In this document: in pieces, positions 35,390 to 49,513 of the stretch
Layout: every line of letters starts with the position of its first letter
How positions within the stretch are numbered: position 1 is the first letter of the stretch
Origin: Candidatus Eiseniibacteriota bacterium
Lineage (GTDB): Bacteria > Eisenbacteria > RBG-16-71-46
Reading direction: 5' to 3'
Length of the DNA stretch: 64,000 bases
Assembly: GCA_963717505.1 (NCBI GenBank)
Contig: OY970342.1
Location: 298,791 to 362,790 of the forward strand
The notes under the pieces: model-generated
What the model saw: only the letters and a program-made list of their open reading frames with translations
What the model was told of the DNA's origin: nothing
Databases searched by the model: none
Translations under genes and position numbers: made by a program

Positions 35390-37533
35390 GTCACAAAGCC
35401 TGGGCGTGGTCGATCGTCCTAGGCGCGGCGGTCGGAATCGCGAGCGCGGCCCAAGGCTCGATTCCTCCCGGGTATACGTACGTCTCACCGGCGCCCGGGT
35501 CTCGGTACGTTTCCCCTGGCAACAACGTTGCGCTGCGCAGTGCGCGGGCCCTCGATCCGTCCTCGCTCGACACTCGGCTCTTCTCGGTCGTCGGATCGCT
35601 GAGCGGACCGCACGACGGGCGGCTCACGCTCGCAGACGATGGGCGCACCCTGATGTTCGTGCCGAGCCATCGCTTCGCCTTCGGCGAGCGGGTCACCGTG
35701 ACCCTGAGCTCCGGCCTGCGCACGGCGTCGGGCGAGACCCTGCCGCCTCTCGATTTCGACTTCGCGATCGCCGTAGAGCGCCCGACCACCGGGTCGCGAA
35801 CGTCGATCGAATCGGACGAGAGCCCCGGCGATGCACTCCTGTCTTCGATCCCATCGCTGCCGTCGTCGCCGACCGCGGTCGGCCCGGTGCCTCCGAGCTA
35901 TCCCCCGATCATCATCCAGAGTCTGAACGACCCCGAGCCCGGCCACCTGTTCATGACCCCGAACCCGCTGCCGCCCACGGTCCACGGCAATCTGGTGATC
36001 GTCGACAACGAGGGCGAGCCGATGTTCTACCGCCGGAACCCGCAGCGCGTTCAGGACTTCAAGATGCAGCCGAGCGGACTCCTCACCTACTTCGACAACA
36101 CCCCGAGCAGGTTCAAGTTCTACGGGCTCGACAGCACCTACACCGTGGTCGACAGCTTCGACGTCGGCAACGGCTACGACCTGCCGGATTTCCACGAGCT
36201 GCAGGTCCTGCCCAACGGGCACGCGCTGATGATGATCTACGACCCGCAGCCGGTGCGCATGGACTCCGTGGTCGCCGGCGGCAATCCGAACGCAGTGGTC
36301 ACCGGCCTGGTCCTGCAGGAGATCGACGCGTCGAAGAACGTGGTGTTCCAGTGGCGGAGCTGGGACCACTTCGAGATCACCGACGCCGATGCCTGCACGG
36401 TCAATCTGACCAGCGCGACAATCGACTACGTGCACGGCAACGCCATCGAGCTGGACCACGACGGCAACTGGCTGATCTCGTCACGCCACATGAACGAGAT
36501 CACCAAGATCGATCGCGAGACCGGGAACATCATTTGGCGCTTCGGTTTCAACGCCCGCAACAACCAGTTCTCGTTCTTCGGCGACACGCGCGGCTTCTCG
36601 CATCAGCACGACATCCGGCGGCTGCCCAGCGGCAACATCACGCTCTACGACAATGGCAACTGCCTCGACCCCGAGTACTCGCGCGGGCTCGAGTACGTGC
36701 TGGACGAGACCAAGAAGGTCGCGACCCTGGTCTGGGAGTACCGGGACTCGCCCGACACGTACGGGCGCGCCACCGGAAACGTGCAACGCCGCCCGAGCGG
36801 CGGCACGCTGATCAACTGGGGGTTTGGCCGCAAGGTGACCGACCTCCACCCCGACGACACCAAGGCCATCGAGGTGGTGTTCGGCGTCACCAACATGTCG
36901 ACCTACCGCGCGTTTCGGTTTCCCTGGAGCACGAGCCAGTTCGCGCTCGACGCCACGGAGTTGGATTTCGGTCAGGTCGAGCTCGGCGACTCGACTACCT
37001 TACCGCTCACCGTGCGCAACCGATGGAACCGCCCGATCGAGATCGACGCGTTCGCGAGCACCAGCGATTGGTTTCGCGTCTGGGATCCGCTGCCGTTGAC
37101 CGTGGCCCCGGGCGCCACCGCGACCGTGAACGTCGTGTTCAAACCGCTGGGCACGGGTGCGGTCGAGGGCACCCTCTACGCGCGAGCGATCAACGACACC
37201 GAGTTGGTCGCACAGCGAGTCGCGGTGCGCGGTCGTGGACCGACGGCATCGACCCCGAGCCCACCCCTGGGCGCGATCGCGTTCGCCGTCCACCCGAGCC
37301 CGAGCCACGGACCGACGCGCGTGACCTTCGACCTGACCACCGCCGACCAGGTCCGCATCCAGGTGCTGGACGTCCAGGGGCGCGTGCGCTCGACGCTCGC
37401 GGATCGCGAGTTCCCGGCCGGACGTCACGAGCTTCCGTGGAACGCCGGTTCGCTGCCAGCCGGGCTCTACTTCGTGCGCCTCGAGCGCCCGGAAGCGACT
37501 CATCTCGTGCGCCGGGTCGCAATGGTCCCCTAG
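35386..37533 (+). CDS. ASST-like beta-propeller protein with T9SS C-terminal domain (paralog 2, tandem duplicate)
   Basis: ATG 35386 overlaps the paralog-1 stop (ATGA). Same domain order as paralog 1 and visually >50% identical (…DYVHGNAIELDHDGNWLISSRHMNEITKIDRETGNIIWRFG…). Confidence 0.7.
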   Translation: MSHKAWAWSIVLGAAVGIASAAQGSIPPGYTYVSPAPGSRYVSPGNNVALRSARALDPSSLDTRLFSVVGSLSGPHDGRLTLADDGRTLMFVPSHRFAFGERVTVTLSSGLRTASGETLPPLDFDFAIAVERPTTGSRTSIESDESPGDALLSSIPSLPSSPTAVGPVPPSYPPIIIQSLNDPEPGHLFMTPNPLPPTVHGNLVIVDNEGEPMFYRRNPQRVQDFKMQPSGLLTYFDNTPSRFKFYGLDSTYTVVDSFDVGNGYDLPDFHELQVLPNGHALMMIYDPQPVRMDSVVAGGNPNAVVTGLVLQEIDASKNVVFQWRSWDHFEITDADACTVNLTSATIDYVHGNAIELDHDGNWLISSRHMNEITKIDRETGNIIWRFGFNARNNQFSFFGDTRGFSHQHDIRRLPSGNITLYDNGNCLDPEYSRGLEYVLDETKKVATLVWEYRDSPDTYGRATGNVQRRPSGGTLINWGFGRKVTDLHPDDTKAIEVVFGVTNMSTYRAFRFPWSTSQFALDATELDFGQVELGDSTTLPLTVRNRWNRPIEIDAFASTSDWFRVWDPLPLTVAPGATATVNVVFKPLGTGAVEGTLYARAINDTELVAQRVAVRGRGPTASTPSPPLGAIAFAVHPSPSHGPTRVTFDLTTADQVRIQVLDVQGRVRSTLADREFPAGRHELPWNAGSLPAGLYFVRLERPEATHLVRRVAMVP

Positions 37534-37574
37534 CGCACGCGCCGTCCGGCGGAGATCGCCTTCGACTTCGACCG

Positions 37575-41879
<4,305 letters not shown>

Positions 41880-42037
41880 GTCGCGTCCTTTCCGGTGCGA
41901 AGGCACACAGGGCCTTCGGGGAGAACGGGGGACACACAGGGTCCCTGGAACGGTTTCTACTCTACTCCTATCGGCACCCCCGGCGAAAGATCCAAAGGTG
42001 GGCTAGAATGTCAGCCCACTCCGGAGTCGGAGGCCGA

Positions 42038-43696
42038 ATGGTGATCCGGGTTTTCCTCGCGCTGCAAACGGTCGTCGCGCTCCTCGCCTGGCCCGTTTCG
42101 AGCGCCGCCCAGCCAGTCCACCGCGGTGGTCGAGTGCCGGCTCCGGCGCCGGGGGTCAACTGCATTCCCGCCGATCCCGCGCCCCCTCCCGGCACCGAAG
42201 CGCATCGCCCGCCGCCCGAAGGCGCCGGACTCATTCTCTACGCCGACCCGATGGGCAACGGCGGGATCAACAGCTTCGGCCAGACGCTGGTGAATTACGT
42301 CGACCTGTCGCCGACCACCTCGATCCAGGACTGGAGCTGCGGCAGCACGGCGTACGACGGACACGGCGGCTGGGACATCGAGATCCCGAGCTTCTATCAC
42401 ATGGACGAGATGAACACGGCCGTGCTCGCCGCGGCGCCGGGCACCGTGATCCAGGCGCACGACGGCGAATTCGACCGGCGCGCCGCGTGGCAGAGCGGTG
42501 CGGCTGCCAACTACGCGATCGTCGCCCACGCCGACGGATCCCAAGCGTGGTATTGGCACTTCAAGAACGGTTCGGTCCGCGTGTCGCCCGGCCAGCCTGT
42601 CGCGACCGGCGACACGCTCGGCTTCGTCGGCAGCTCGGGCTTCTCGAGCGGACCGCACCTGCACTTCGAGACGCGCGACCCCGGAGTGGTCGACCCGTCG
42701 ACTGGAACATGCAACGCCGTGTCTTCGCGCTGGATCTCGCAGGCGCCCTACGTGTGGAATCTGCCGTTCCAGTTGTTCGGCCACGGCCTGACCACACTGC
42801 CGATCACCTGGCCGACGCTGCTCGAATGGCCACCGTCGTCGACCCACGTCACCGCCAGCAGCACGATCTATTCGTGGATCCGCCCGCGCAATCTGACAAC
42901 CGCCAATCTGATGACGTTGAATCTCTACGCCAACGGGGCGCTGTGGGGCACGTACAACTGGAATGCGAGCGGGAGTTATTCGTCGAGCTGGTGGTACGTC
43001 ACCTGGACGCTGCCGGTGAACCCGTCGCTCTACGGAAACTGGCGCGCCGACGTGCTGCGCGACGGCGTGGTCGTCTCGCAAGATTTCTTCACCTACGACG
43101 CGGCGGCGAACCAGGCGCCGATGATGGCGCGTAATAACTTCGTGCTCGAGACCAACAGCAGCCTGACCGCCGATTTCCCGTCGTCCGATCCGGACGGCTC
43201 GGTGTTCTGGAACGAGGTCACCATCCCGCCGACGCACGGCACGATCCAGTTGTTGGGTGGTCGCAAGCGCAAATTCAAGTACACGCCCCCGCCGGGCTTC
43301 GTCGGGATCGACTCCATCTATGCGCGGGCCCAGGACAACCAGGGTCTCTTTGGGGGCCCGGTGCGGCTCAAGTTCGCGGTCGGCCTGCCGCTCGACGTGC
43401 CCATGACTGACGCAGCACCGCGCATCGCGCTCTCGCGTCCGGCGCCCAATCCGGTGTCGTCCCGGACCGAGATCAGCTACTCGCTGCCCAGGGCCACCAC
43501 CGTCTCGCTCGAAGTCTTCGACGTGACCGGCGAGCGCGTGGCGATCCTCGATTCGGGGGAACGCCCGGCCGGCGACCGACACGTCACCTGGACGGTTCGG
43601 CGCTACGACGGGGGCCGGCTCCCGGCCGGCATCTACTTCCTCACCCTGATCGCCGATGCCGAACGCGTGACCCGCAGGATCGTCGTCACGCACTGA
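42038..43696 (+). CDS. Secreted M23-family (LytM/lysostaphin-like) metallopeptidase domain protein with T9SS C-terminal sorting domain
   Basis: GGAGG 6 nt upstream of ATG 42038 (MVIRVFLALQTVVALLAWPVSSAAQ signal). M23 motifs HGGWD (HxxxD)… and SGPHLHFE (HxH). CTD …PAPNPVSSRTEISYSLPRATTVSLEVFDVTGERV…AGIYFLTLI…. Confidence 0.8.
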   Translation: MVIRVFLALQTVVALLAWPVSSAAQPVHRGGRVPAPAPGVNCIPADPAPPPGTEAHRPPPEGAGLILYADPMGNGGINSFGQTLVNYVDLSPTTSIQDWSCGSTAYDGHGGWDIEIPSFYHMDEMNTAVLAAAPGTVIQAHDGEFDRRAAWQSGAAANYAIVAHADGSQAWYWHFKNGSVRVSPGQPVATGDTLGFVGSSGFSSGPHLHFETRDPGVVDPSTGTCNAVSSRWISQAPYVWNLPFQLFGHGLTTLPITWPTLLEWPPSSTHVTASSTIYSWIRPRNLTTANLMTLNLYANGALWGTYNWNASGSYSSSWWYVTWTLPVNPSLYGNWRADVLRDGVVVSQDFFTYDAAANQAPMMARNNFVLETNSSLTADFPSSDPDGSVFWNEVTIPPTHGTIQLLGGRKRKFKYTPPPGFVGIDSIYARAQDNQGLFGGPVRLKFAVGLPLDVPMTDAAPRIALSRPAPNPVSSRTEISYSLPRATTVSLEVFDVTGERVAILDSGERPAGDRHVTWTVRRYDGGRLPAGIYFLTLIADAERVTRRIVVTH

Positions 43697-43816
43697 CCGT
43701 CGAGCCTTTGCGGTTCGCCAAAATTTCGCAAAGAAAAACGGCCCGGTCCTTGCGCATGGTTGCGGCAGATCCCGCAGCGTGGTCTGACCCTGCAACCGGA
43801 AAACGCACCCAAAGCC

Positions 43817-45112
43817 ATGCGCACCGTAACGATAGGCCTCTCGGCCGCAATCCTGCTGACTTCCACCCAACTTGCGTTCGGCCAGACGCTCGACGCAAGA
43901 CGCATGGGAATGGGTGGCGTGGTCCTTGCGGGGCAGCCCGACAACGTCGCCTACCGCGCGGTGCCGCCGGCCCCCGGACGCTCCACCGGGTTCACGCTGC
44001 CACTCGGTCTGATGACTCTGGTCGACGATCCGCCCGAGTTCGACCCCGACAGCCCGGGCTTCAACGTCTTCGAGATCGCCGAGCTGGCGCTCAACCCACC
44101 CTGGCACCTTCAGCTCAACGAGCCCGATCCGCCCTCGACCGATATCGTGGTGTCGCTCGGCCGTGACTATCTGTCGGTCGACTTGGGCGAAGTCGGGGAC
44201 TACTTCGAGCAAGGCAGCCGCATCGCGTCCTCGTACGCGCTGACGCCGGGCGCGGTCAAGATTGGCCCGGTGTTCGGCAGCATGTCGCTGCTCACCACAT
44301 ACGAGAACCGGTTCGAGCTGGGACCCGAGCTGAAGCAGGCTCTGGATAGCGGCGAGTTCCAGCCCAACACCCAATACACGCTGACCGACGTCGGCGAGGG
44401 CCACGTGATGGCGACGGCGGATCTCGGCTGCGCCATGCCGCTGCTCCCGGGTTCGGGCGAGCAAGCTACCCGGGTGTTCGGCGGCGCCCGCATCCGTCTG
44501 TTCCGGGGCCTGGGCTACGGCGACATGCGCACCGACGCCGGATTCGCGACCGACGACACGATGTTCGCGAGCATCCCGGCCGAGTTCGACGTGGTCGGCA
44601 CCTTCCGCGACGCCGGGCTCTCGGGCGGCGGCTGGGGCGCGGGTCTCGATCTCGGCACCGTCGTCCAGTGGCGCGGGTTCGAATTCGGCGCCAGCGTCCA
44701 GAACCTGGGCGCCACCATGACCTGGCGCGTGCGCGAGCAGATCGTGACCAGCGACTCGACCGGCAACTACGAAATGACCACGGTCGCGGACAACGTCGAG
44801 TACACGTCGCGCGTGCCGATCAACGTCACCGCCCACGTCGGCCGCGCCATGGGCCCTTGGCTGCTGGCTGCCGACGTCACCCACTCGATGGACGCGACGC
44901 AGACCCACGTCGGCGTCGAGCGCTGGATCGGTTGGTTCGCGCTGCGCGGCGGCGTGCGGCTCGACGAACAAGTGAACATCCAGGGCGGCACCGGCCTGGG
45001 TGCTCGCTTCGGTCCGGTCGGCGCCGATCTGGCGCTCGCGACCCACAACCGCCACCTGAACGGTGAACGCGGCCTCGAGCTGGCCGCGGGCATCTCGTGG
45101 TATCCGAAATGA
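43817..45112 (+). CDS. Outer-membrane beta-barrel protein, uncharacterised (possibly T9SS-associated)
   Basis: Signal peptide MRTVTIGLSAAILLTSTQLAFGQT. Alternating beta-strand pattern with Gly/aromatic-rich terminal strands. Located immediately downstream of a T9SS cargo gene. Confidence 0.55.
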   Translation: MRTVTIGLSAAILLTSTQLAFGQTLDARRMGMGGVVLAGQPDNVAYRAVPPAPGRSTGFTLPLGLMTLVDDPPEFDPDSPGFNVFEIAELALNPPWHLQLNEPDPPSTDIVVSLGRDYLSVDLGEVGDYFEQGSRIASSYALTPGAVKIGPVFGSMSLLTTYENRFELGPELKQALDSGEFQPNTQYTLTDVGEGHVMATADLGCAMPLLPGSGEQATRVFGGARIRLFRGLGYGDMRTDAGFATDDTMFASIPAEFDVVGTFRDAGLSGGGWGAGLDLGTVVQWRGFEFGASVQNLGATMTWRVREQIVTSDSTGNYEMTTVADNVEYTSRVPINVTAHVGRAMGPWLLAADVTHSMDATQTHVGVERWIGWFALRGGVRLDEQVNIQGGTGLGARFGPVGADLALATHNRHLNGERGLELAAGISWYPK

Positions 45113-45717
45113 GATCCTTTGACCTGCGAGCCTTCGTCCTGCGCGTCGCCTTCGTCGTGATCGCGCTGATCACCGCGGTCACCGTCGCGCTGGCGCTCGC
45201 CGGCTGCGGCGACCGCAACCTGATCCTGAACGTGGACGTGCTCAGCTACCTGAGTCCGACCCAGTCTGAAGCGGGCTTCGGTCCGATGCCCGCCGCACCC
45301 GGTGGACTCGCGACCGGCGAGCAGCCCCTGGTCGACAACATGACCATCAACCTGGTCGACAATCTGGGCAACGTGCTCGAGGTGCGCTCGGTAAGGCTTC
45401 TGGTCACTGCCGAGTGCGACGCTTGGACCGGCGACGGCAGCGATACGCTGCGCATGTACCTGGGTGGACCGGGTAGCGATCCGCGCACCACGACCCCCGC
45501 GTTTGAGATGGCGCTGCCACTGACCGGCGGCGTGATCAATACAACAAGTGGCGACTTCCAGGGCGACACGCGAGTGCTCGACCTGTTCGACCAGCGCCAG
45601 GTGCAGCTCAGCATCACCAACGCCTTCCGCGGCCCCAGCTCGGGCCCGCCCCTCGAAGGCGAAGTTCGACTGACCAAGATCCAGGCGATCGTGGTCGCTG
45701 GACGCTCGGGGCTCTAG
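45109..45717 (+). CDS. Lipoprotein (lipobox LAGC), hypothetical
   Basis: ATG 45109 overlaps the previous stop (ATGA). MRSFDLRAFVLRVAFVVIALITAVTVALALAGC. Confidence 0.55.
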   Translation: MRSFDLRAFVLRVAFVVIALITAVTVALALAGCGDRNLILNVDVLSYLSPTQSEAGFGPMPAAPGGLATGEQPLVDNMTINLVDNLGNVLEVRSVRLLVTAECDAWTGDGSDTLRMYLGGPGSDPRTTTPAFEMALPLTGGVINTTSGDFQGDTRVLDLFDQRQVQLSITNAFRGPSSGPPLEGEVRLTKIQAIVVAGRSGL

Positions 45718-46613
45718 GCCCCCAGATACGCCAGCAGCGGCGTCAGCGTCAGCGGGCTCAAGAGCGTCGTCACCACCACCACCGACGTGACGAACTCGGG
45801 CTCCAGGTCGTACTCGGTCGCGAGGATGGTGCAGATCACGGCCGACGGCATCGCCGCCTGAAGGATTCCGGCCTGGCGCGCGGGACCGACCAGCCCGAAC
45901 AGGGGCGCCAGCGCAATCCCCGCGGCGGCGCCACCCAACAAGCGCAGGGCCGAGACCCCGAGCACCGGTCGCCACGGTGCGCGCACGCCACGCCCGTAGA
46001 GCTGGATGCCCAGGATCGCGATGAAGGTCGGCACGCACGCGCTCGACAGCAGGTCGACGGCACGCTGCGCGGGCAACGGCAGCGACCACCCTGTCGTGTT
46101 CACGATCAACGCTGCAACCACCGCCCAGACCGACGACACTCGGATCAATCCGCGGGCCGCGACCAGGGGGTGCGTGTTCCCGCTCGAGGCGATCAAGACA
46201 CCGACCGTGAACGTCAGCACCGACGAGGACGCGAAGAACAATCCCGCGTTAGCGACTCCGGGCTCGCCGAAGGCGAACAAGTTTGCCGAGAGTCCGAAGT
46301 TGCCGGCGTTCGGCAGCATCACCACTAGGGCCGCCGCGGCAACGGTCTTGCGTGGCCAGCCGAGTGCGCGGCCGATGAGTGCAGTGATCGCGGCGAGGAT
46401 CAGCAGCGTGGCGAACGCGAAGCCCATCATGCGCAAGAGCGCAACCGAGTCGCCGTTGCGCGTGATCACGTCGAACACGAAGCACGGCGCCAGCAGGTTG
46501 AACGCCAGTGAGGTGACTGGCTTGGCGTCGAGCCGCGTGCGCCACGCGAGCAGCCAGCCAGCGCCGGCCACCAGGAGGACCGGCAGCAGGTTGTCGGCGA
46601 AGAGCCGGAGCAC
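45714..46613 (-). CDS. AEC-family (auxin efflux carrier / MdcF-like) transporter
   Basis: 299 aa and ~10 TM. N-terminal MLRLFADNLLPVLLVAGAGWLL typical of the family. GTG start at 46613. Confidence 0.75.
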   Translation of the reverse strand: MLRLFADNLLPVLLVAGAGWLLAWRTRLDAKPVTSLAFNLLAPCFVFDVITRNGDSVALLRMMGFAFATLLILAAITALIGRALGWPRKTVAAAALVVMLPNAGNFGLSANLFAFGEPGVANAGLFFASSSVLTFTVGVLIASSGNTHPLVAARGLIRVSSVWAVVAALIVNTTGWSLPLPAQRAVDLLSSACVPTFIAILGIQLYGRGVRAPWRPVLGVSALRLLGGAAAGIALAPLFGLVGPARQAGILQAAMPSAVICTILATEYDLEPEFVTSVVVVTTLLSPLTLTPLLAYLGA

Positions 46614-46629
46614 GTTAGGGCGAGGTTCG

Positions 46630-48463
46630 CTAGGGTCGGGTCGCGCCGGCGCCCTGCTCTTCGGACGCCATCCAGATCTCGATCTGCTGCCTCAACACCG
46701 GCAGCGCCACCGCCCCGTTGCTTGAGCACGGCGTCGTGGAAGCGGCGGATGTCGAACTTGTCGCCCAGCCGCTTCTTCGCCTCCTCGCGCAACGCCAGGA
46801 TCTCGAGCTGGCCGCACTTGTAGGCCAGAGCCTGCGCCGGCCAGGCGATGTAGCGATCGACCTCGTTCTCGATGTTGTTCCTCGCCAGCACCGAGTTCTC
46901 GAACATGTAATCGATCGCTTGCTGGCGACTCCAGCCCATCTGATGGATTCCGGTGTCGACCACCAGGCGGCACGCACGCCACGCGTCGTAGGACAGCATG
47001 CCGATCCGGTCGATGTCGCTCGAATAGAGACCCATCTCGTCCGACAACCGCTCGGTGTACAGCGCCCAGCCTTCGACGTAGGCGGTCACGCCCGAGTACT
47101 TGCGGAACTCGGGGATGTCCTGCAGCTCCCCGGCGATCGCGATCTGCAGGTGGTGCCCCGGAATCGCCTCGTGGAACGCCAGGGCTTCGGCTTCGTAGCG
47201 CGGCCGGGTCTCGGGCTTGTAGGTGTTGATCATGTAGTAGCCGGGCCGCGTGCCGTCGGCTGCGGGTTCCCGGTAGTAGGCGATCGTCGACTGGGGCGCT
47301 TCGTGCATGCCCATCACCTTCACTTCGCAGTCGGCCTTGGGCAGGATGCCGAACCATTCGGGGATCGCCTTGCGCGCCCGTTCCAGGGACTCGCTCGCCT
47401 TGTGCTCGACTTCCTCGGCTGTGGCGAACTGCATCTTCGGGTCTTCGCGCAGCATTTTCTGGATGGTCGCGACGTCGCTGGTGCCGAGCGCTTTCTGGCC
47501 GAGCGCGCTCAGGTCGCGCCGAAACTTCGCGACCTCCTCGAGACCCAGCTGGTGCAGCTCCTCGGGCGTGCGATCGAGCGAGGTCTGCGCCCGGATGCGC
47601 ACCTGGTAGCACTCATTGCCGTCGGGAATCCACGAGAGCCCCGGCTGCTCGGTGGAGCGCGCGACCGGCAGCACCTCCTTCTCGAGGAATTCCCGGTAGC
47701 GCTTGAACGACGGCGCCACCACCTGGGTCACCGCTTGCGTCAGCTTCTCCGTGAAGCGGTCGCGATCGCGCAACGACCACGCATCGCGGCGAACCTTGGC
47801 CGGCGACATCAACGCCCAGTCGGCGATCGGCGTGGCTTCGATCGACTTCAGTTGATCGATCGACTTCTGCACGCCGGCGATGCTCGAGGTGCGCTTCGAG
47901 GCCAAGCCGCGCTTCAGGTTCGCGATGTGCTGGTCGACGTACGGACCCATGGCGCGACAACGGGTCACGTACTTGTCGGCGTCCTTGGGCGTCTCGATCC
48001 GCGTCAGATCGGGCAGGTTGAAGAACTCGAGGTGGGGTCCGTTCATCGGGTCGACGGTCCATTCCTCGAAATGACACTTCATGCTCGACAGTTCGCTCTC
48101 GACTTCCTCGATCAGTACCGCGCGCGTCAGCCGGTCGACGCTCGACAGCGCGTCCACCGGAACGGCCTTCACCCGCTTGAGGATCGTTTCGAGACGGCGT
48201 TGGTCGTCGAGCAGCCCCTGGGGCGAGTTGTTCTCCAGCCGGTCGTCGTAGCGTCGATCGCCCAGCGTGGTCGCCATGGTCGGGCGGGCGCGCAACACGC
48301 CTTCCCAATAGTCGCGGCAGACCGCAGACATCTCCTGCGCGGCGCGCGTGGCCGTCTGTGCGCTCACTTGCGAATGAGTGGAGGCGTCATCGGCGGACGA
48401 GCCTTCCGGCGCCAAGGCGATCAGCATCGCGATCGCGACCCAAAACCGTTCGACGGCGACCAT
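46630..48463 (-). CDS. Secreted DUF885-family protein (metallopeptidase-like fold); apparent frameshift ~46720 near 3' end
   Basis: ATG 48463 (MVAVERFWVAIAMLIALAPEGSSA signal). DUF885 core with …HEAIPGHHLQ…. After …RRFHDAVL the conserved C-terminus (NGAVALPVLRQQIEIWMASEEQ…) continues in another frame and ends at 46630. The track ORF's readthrough to 46466 is judged artefactual. Confidence 0.65.
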
Positions 48464-48490
48464 CGAATTTCCCCCGGTTGTGAAATGCAC

Positions 48491-49234
48491 TCATGTGTTC
48501 GGGGGTCGATTGCGGGCGCTCCCCCGGCCCCAGCGCGTCCAGGCGAACCACGTCGATCCAGCTACCAGAATGACAGCGATCGCGAACCATTGCACGGCGT
48601 ATCCGAGGTGCAGGCCCTCGTTCAGGGGTGCTTCGAGGGTGCGCTTCGGAAGCGCAGGCACGCCGGGGCCGGCATGCTGGTGAATGAAGAACCCGGCGAC
48701 CGGATACGGGAACACCCGGGTGAGCGAGTCGCGATTGAGCCGGGCCGCGGAAAACACTTGGGGACCGTCGCCGGGAAGCCGGTACGGCGCGCGTCCCTGG
48801 GTCTCCAAAGCTCGGGCCATTCCCTCGACTTCGACCGGCCCCGGCTCGGGATACTCCTGAGGCCGTGCAGTCAGGGCGTCCTCGGCTGGCAGCCAGCCGC
48901 GTTCGATCAGCACCCACTCGCCGGTGAGCGTCTGGAGCGGCGTGACGACGCCCACGCCGGGCTCGCCCTCGTGCATCCGCCCACGCAGAAGGATCTGGCG
49001 GGTTTCGTCGTAGGTGCCGCGGACCCTCACCCGCCGGCCGATTACGGCCGCATCGCCCGTACCGGCGGCGGGCCATTCGACCGGGGGCGCCGACAGCGAT
49101 GCCGCGCTGGTCGCGTTGAGAGTGTGTTTCGCTTCGAGGCGGGCGAGCTGCCAAAAGCCGAGGCGCACGCACACGGCCGCGGCCGCGAGCACCGCGACCG
49201 CCGCGAGCGCGCCGAGTACTTTCCCGCGCGTCAC
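48491..49234 (-). CDS. SURF1-family cytochrome oxidase assembly protein
   Basis: GTG 49234 overlaps the CDGSH stop (GTGA). TM + …LGFWQLARLEAK… and …GTYDETRQILLRGRMHEGEPGVGVVTPL… SURF1 signature. The upstream part of track ORF (to 49345) overlaps the CDGSH gene. Confidence 0.7.
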   Translation of the reverse strand: MTRGKVLGALAAVAVLAAAAVCVRLGFWQLARLEAKHTLNATSAASLSAPPVEWPAAGTGDAAVIGRRVRVRGTYDETRQILLRGRMHEGEPGVGVVTPLQTLTGEWVLIERGWLPAEDALTARPQEYPEPGPVEVEGMARALETQGRAPYRLPGDGPQVFSAARLNRDSLTRVFPYPVAGFFIHQHAGPGVPALPKRTLEAPLNEGLHLGYAVQWFAIAVILVAGSTWFAWTRWGRGSARNRPPNT

Positions 49235-49464
49235 GGCGCCGGCTTGGGCGCCGGCAGGTCGAACGCGATCAACTGCGATTGGAAGCCGCAGGTTTTGTGG
49301 GTGCCGTCGCAGAACGGTTTGTTGGACGACTGCCCGCAACGACACAGGGTGACGCGCTGGCGACCGGCGAGCCCGAAGGACCTGCCCTCCTGGTCGACGA
49401 TCTCGAAGTCACCCTCGACGCGCAGCGAGCCGTTGTTCATGACGGTGATCTTGGTGACAGCCAT
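49231..49464 (-). CDS. CDGSH iron-sulfur domain protein (78 aa)
   Basis: Strong RBS AGGAGGA upstream of ATG 49464. Motif CRCGQSSNKPFCDGTH. Confidence 0.8.
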   Translation of the reverse strand: MAVTKITVMNNGSLRVEGDFEIVDQEGRSFGLAGRQRVTLCRCGQSSNKPFCDGTHKTCGFQSQLIAFDLPAPKPAP

Positions 49465-49513
49465 GTTCGTTCCTCCTGGTCGCGTATGCCGGCCCGGCGT
49501 CGGGTCGGAAAAG

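Noticed and set aside
43706-43733. Inverted repeat ctttgcg…cgcaaag in an AT-richer intergenic stretch between the M23 and OMP genes as a terminator
   Set aside because: The loop is 14 nt with no U-tract. It is more likely part of a promoter or operator region, so it was not called as a feature.
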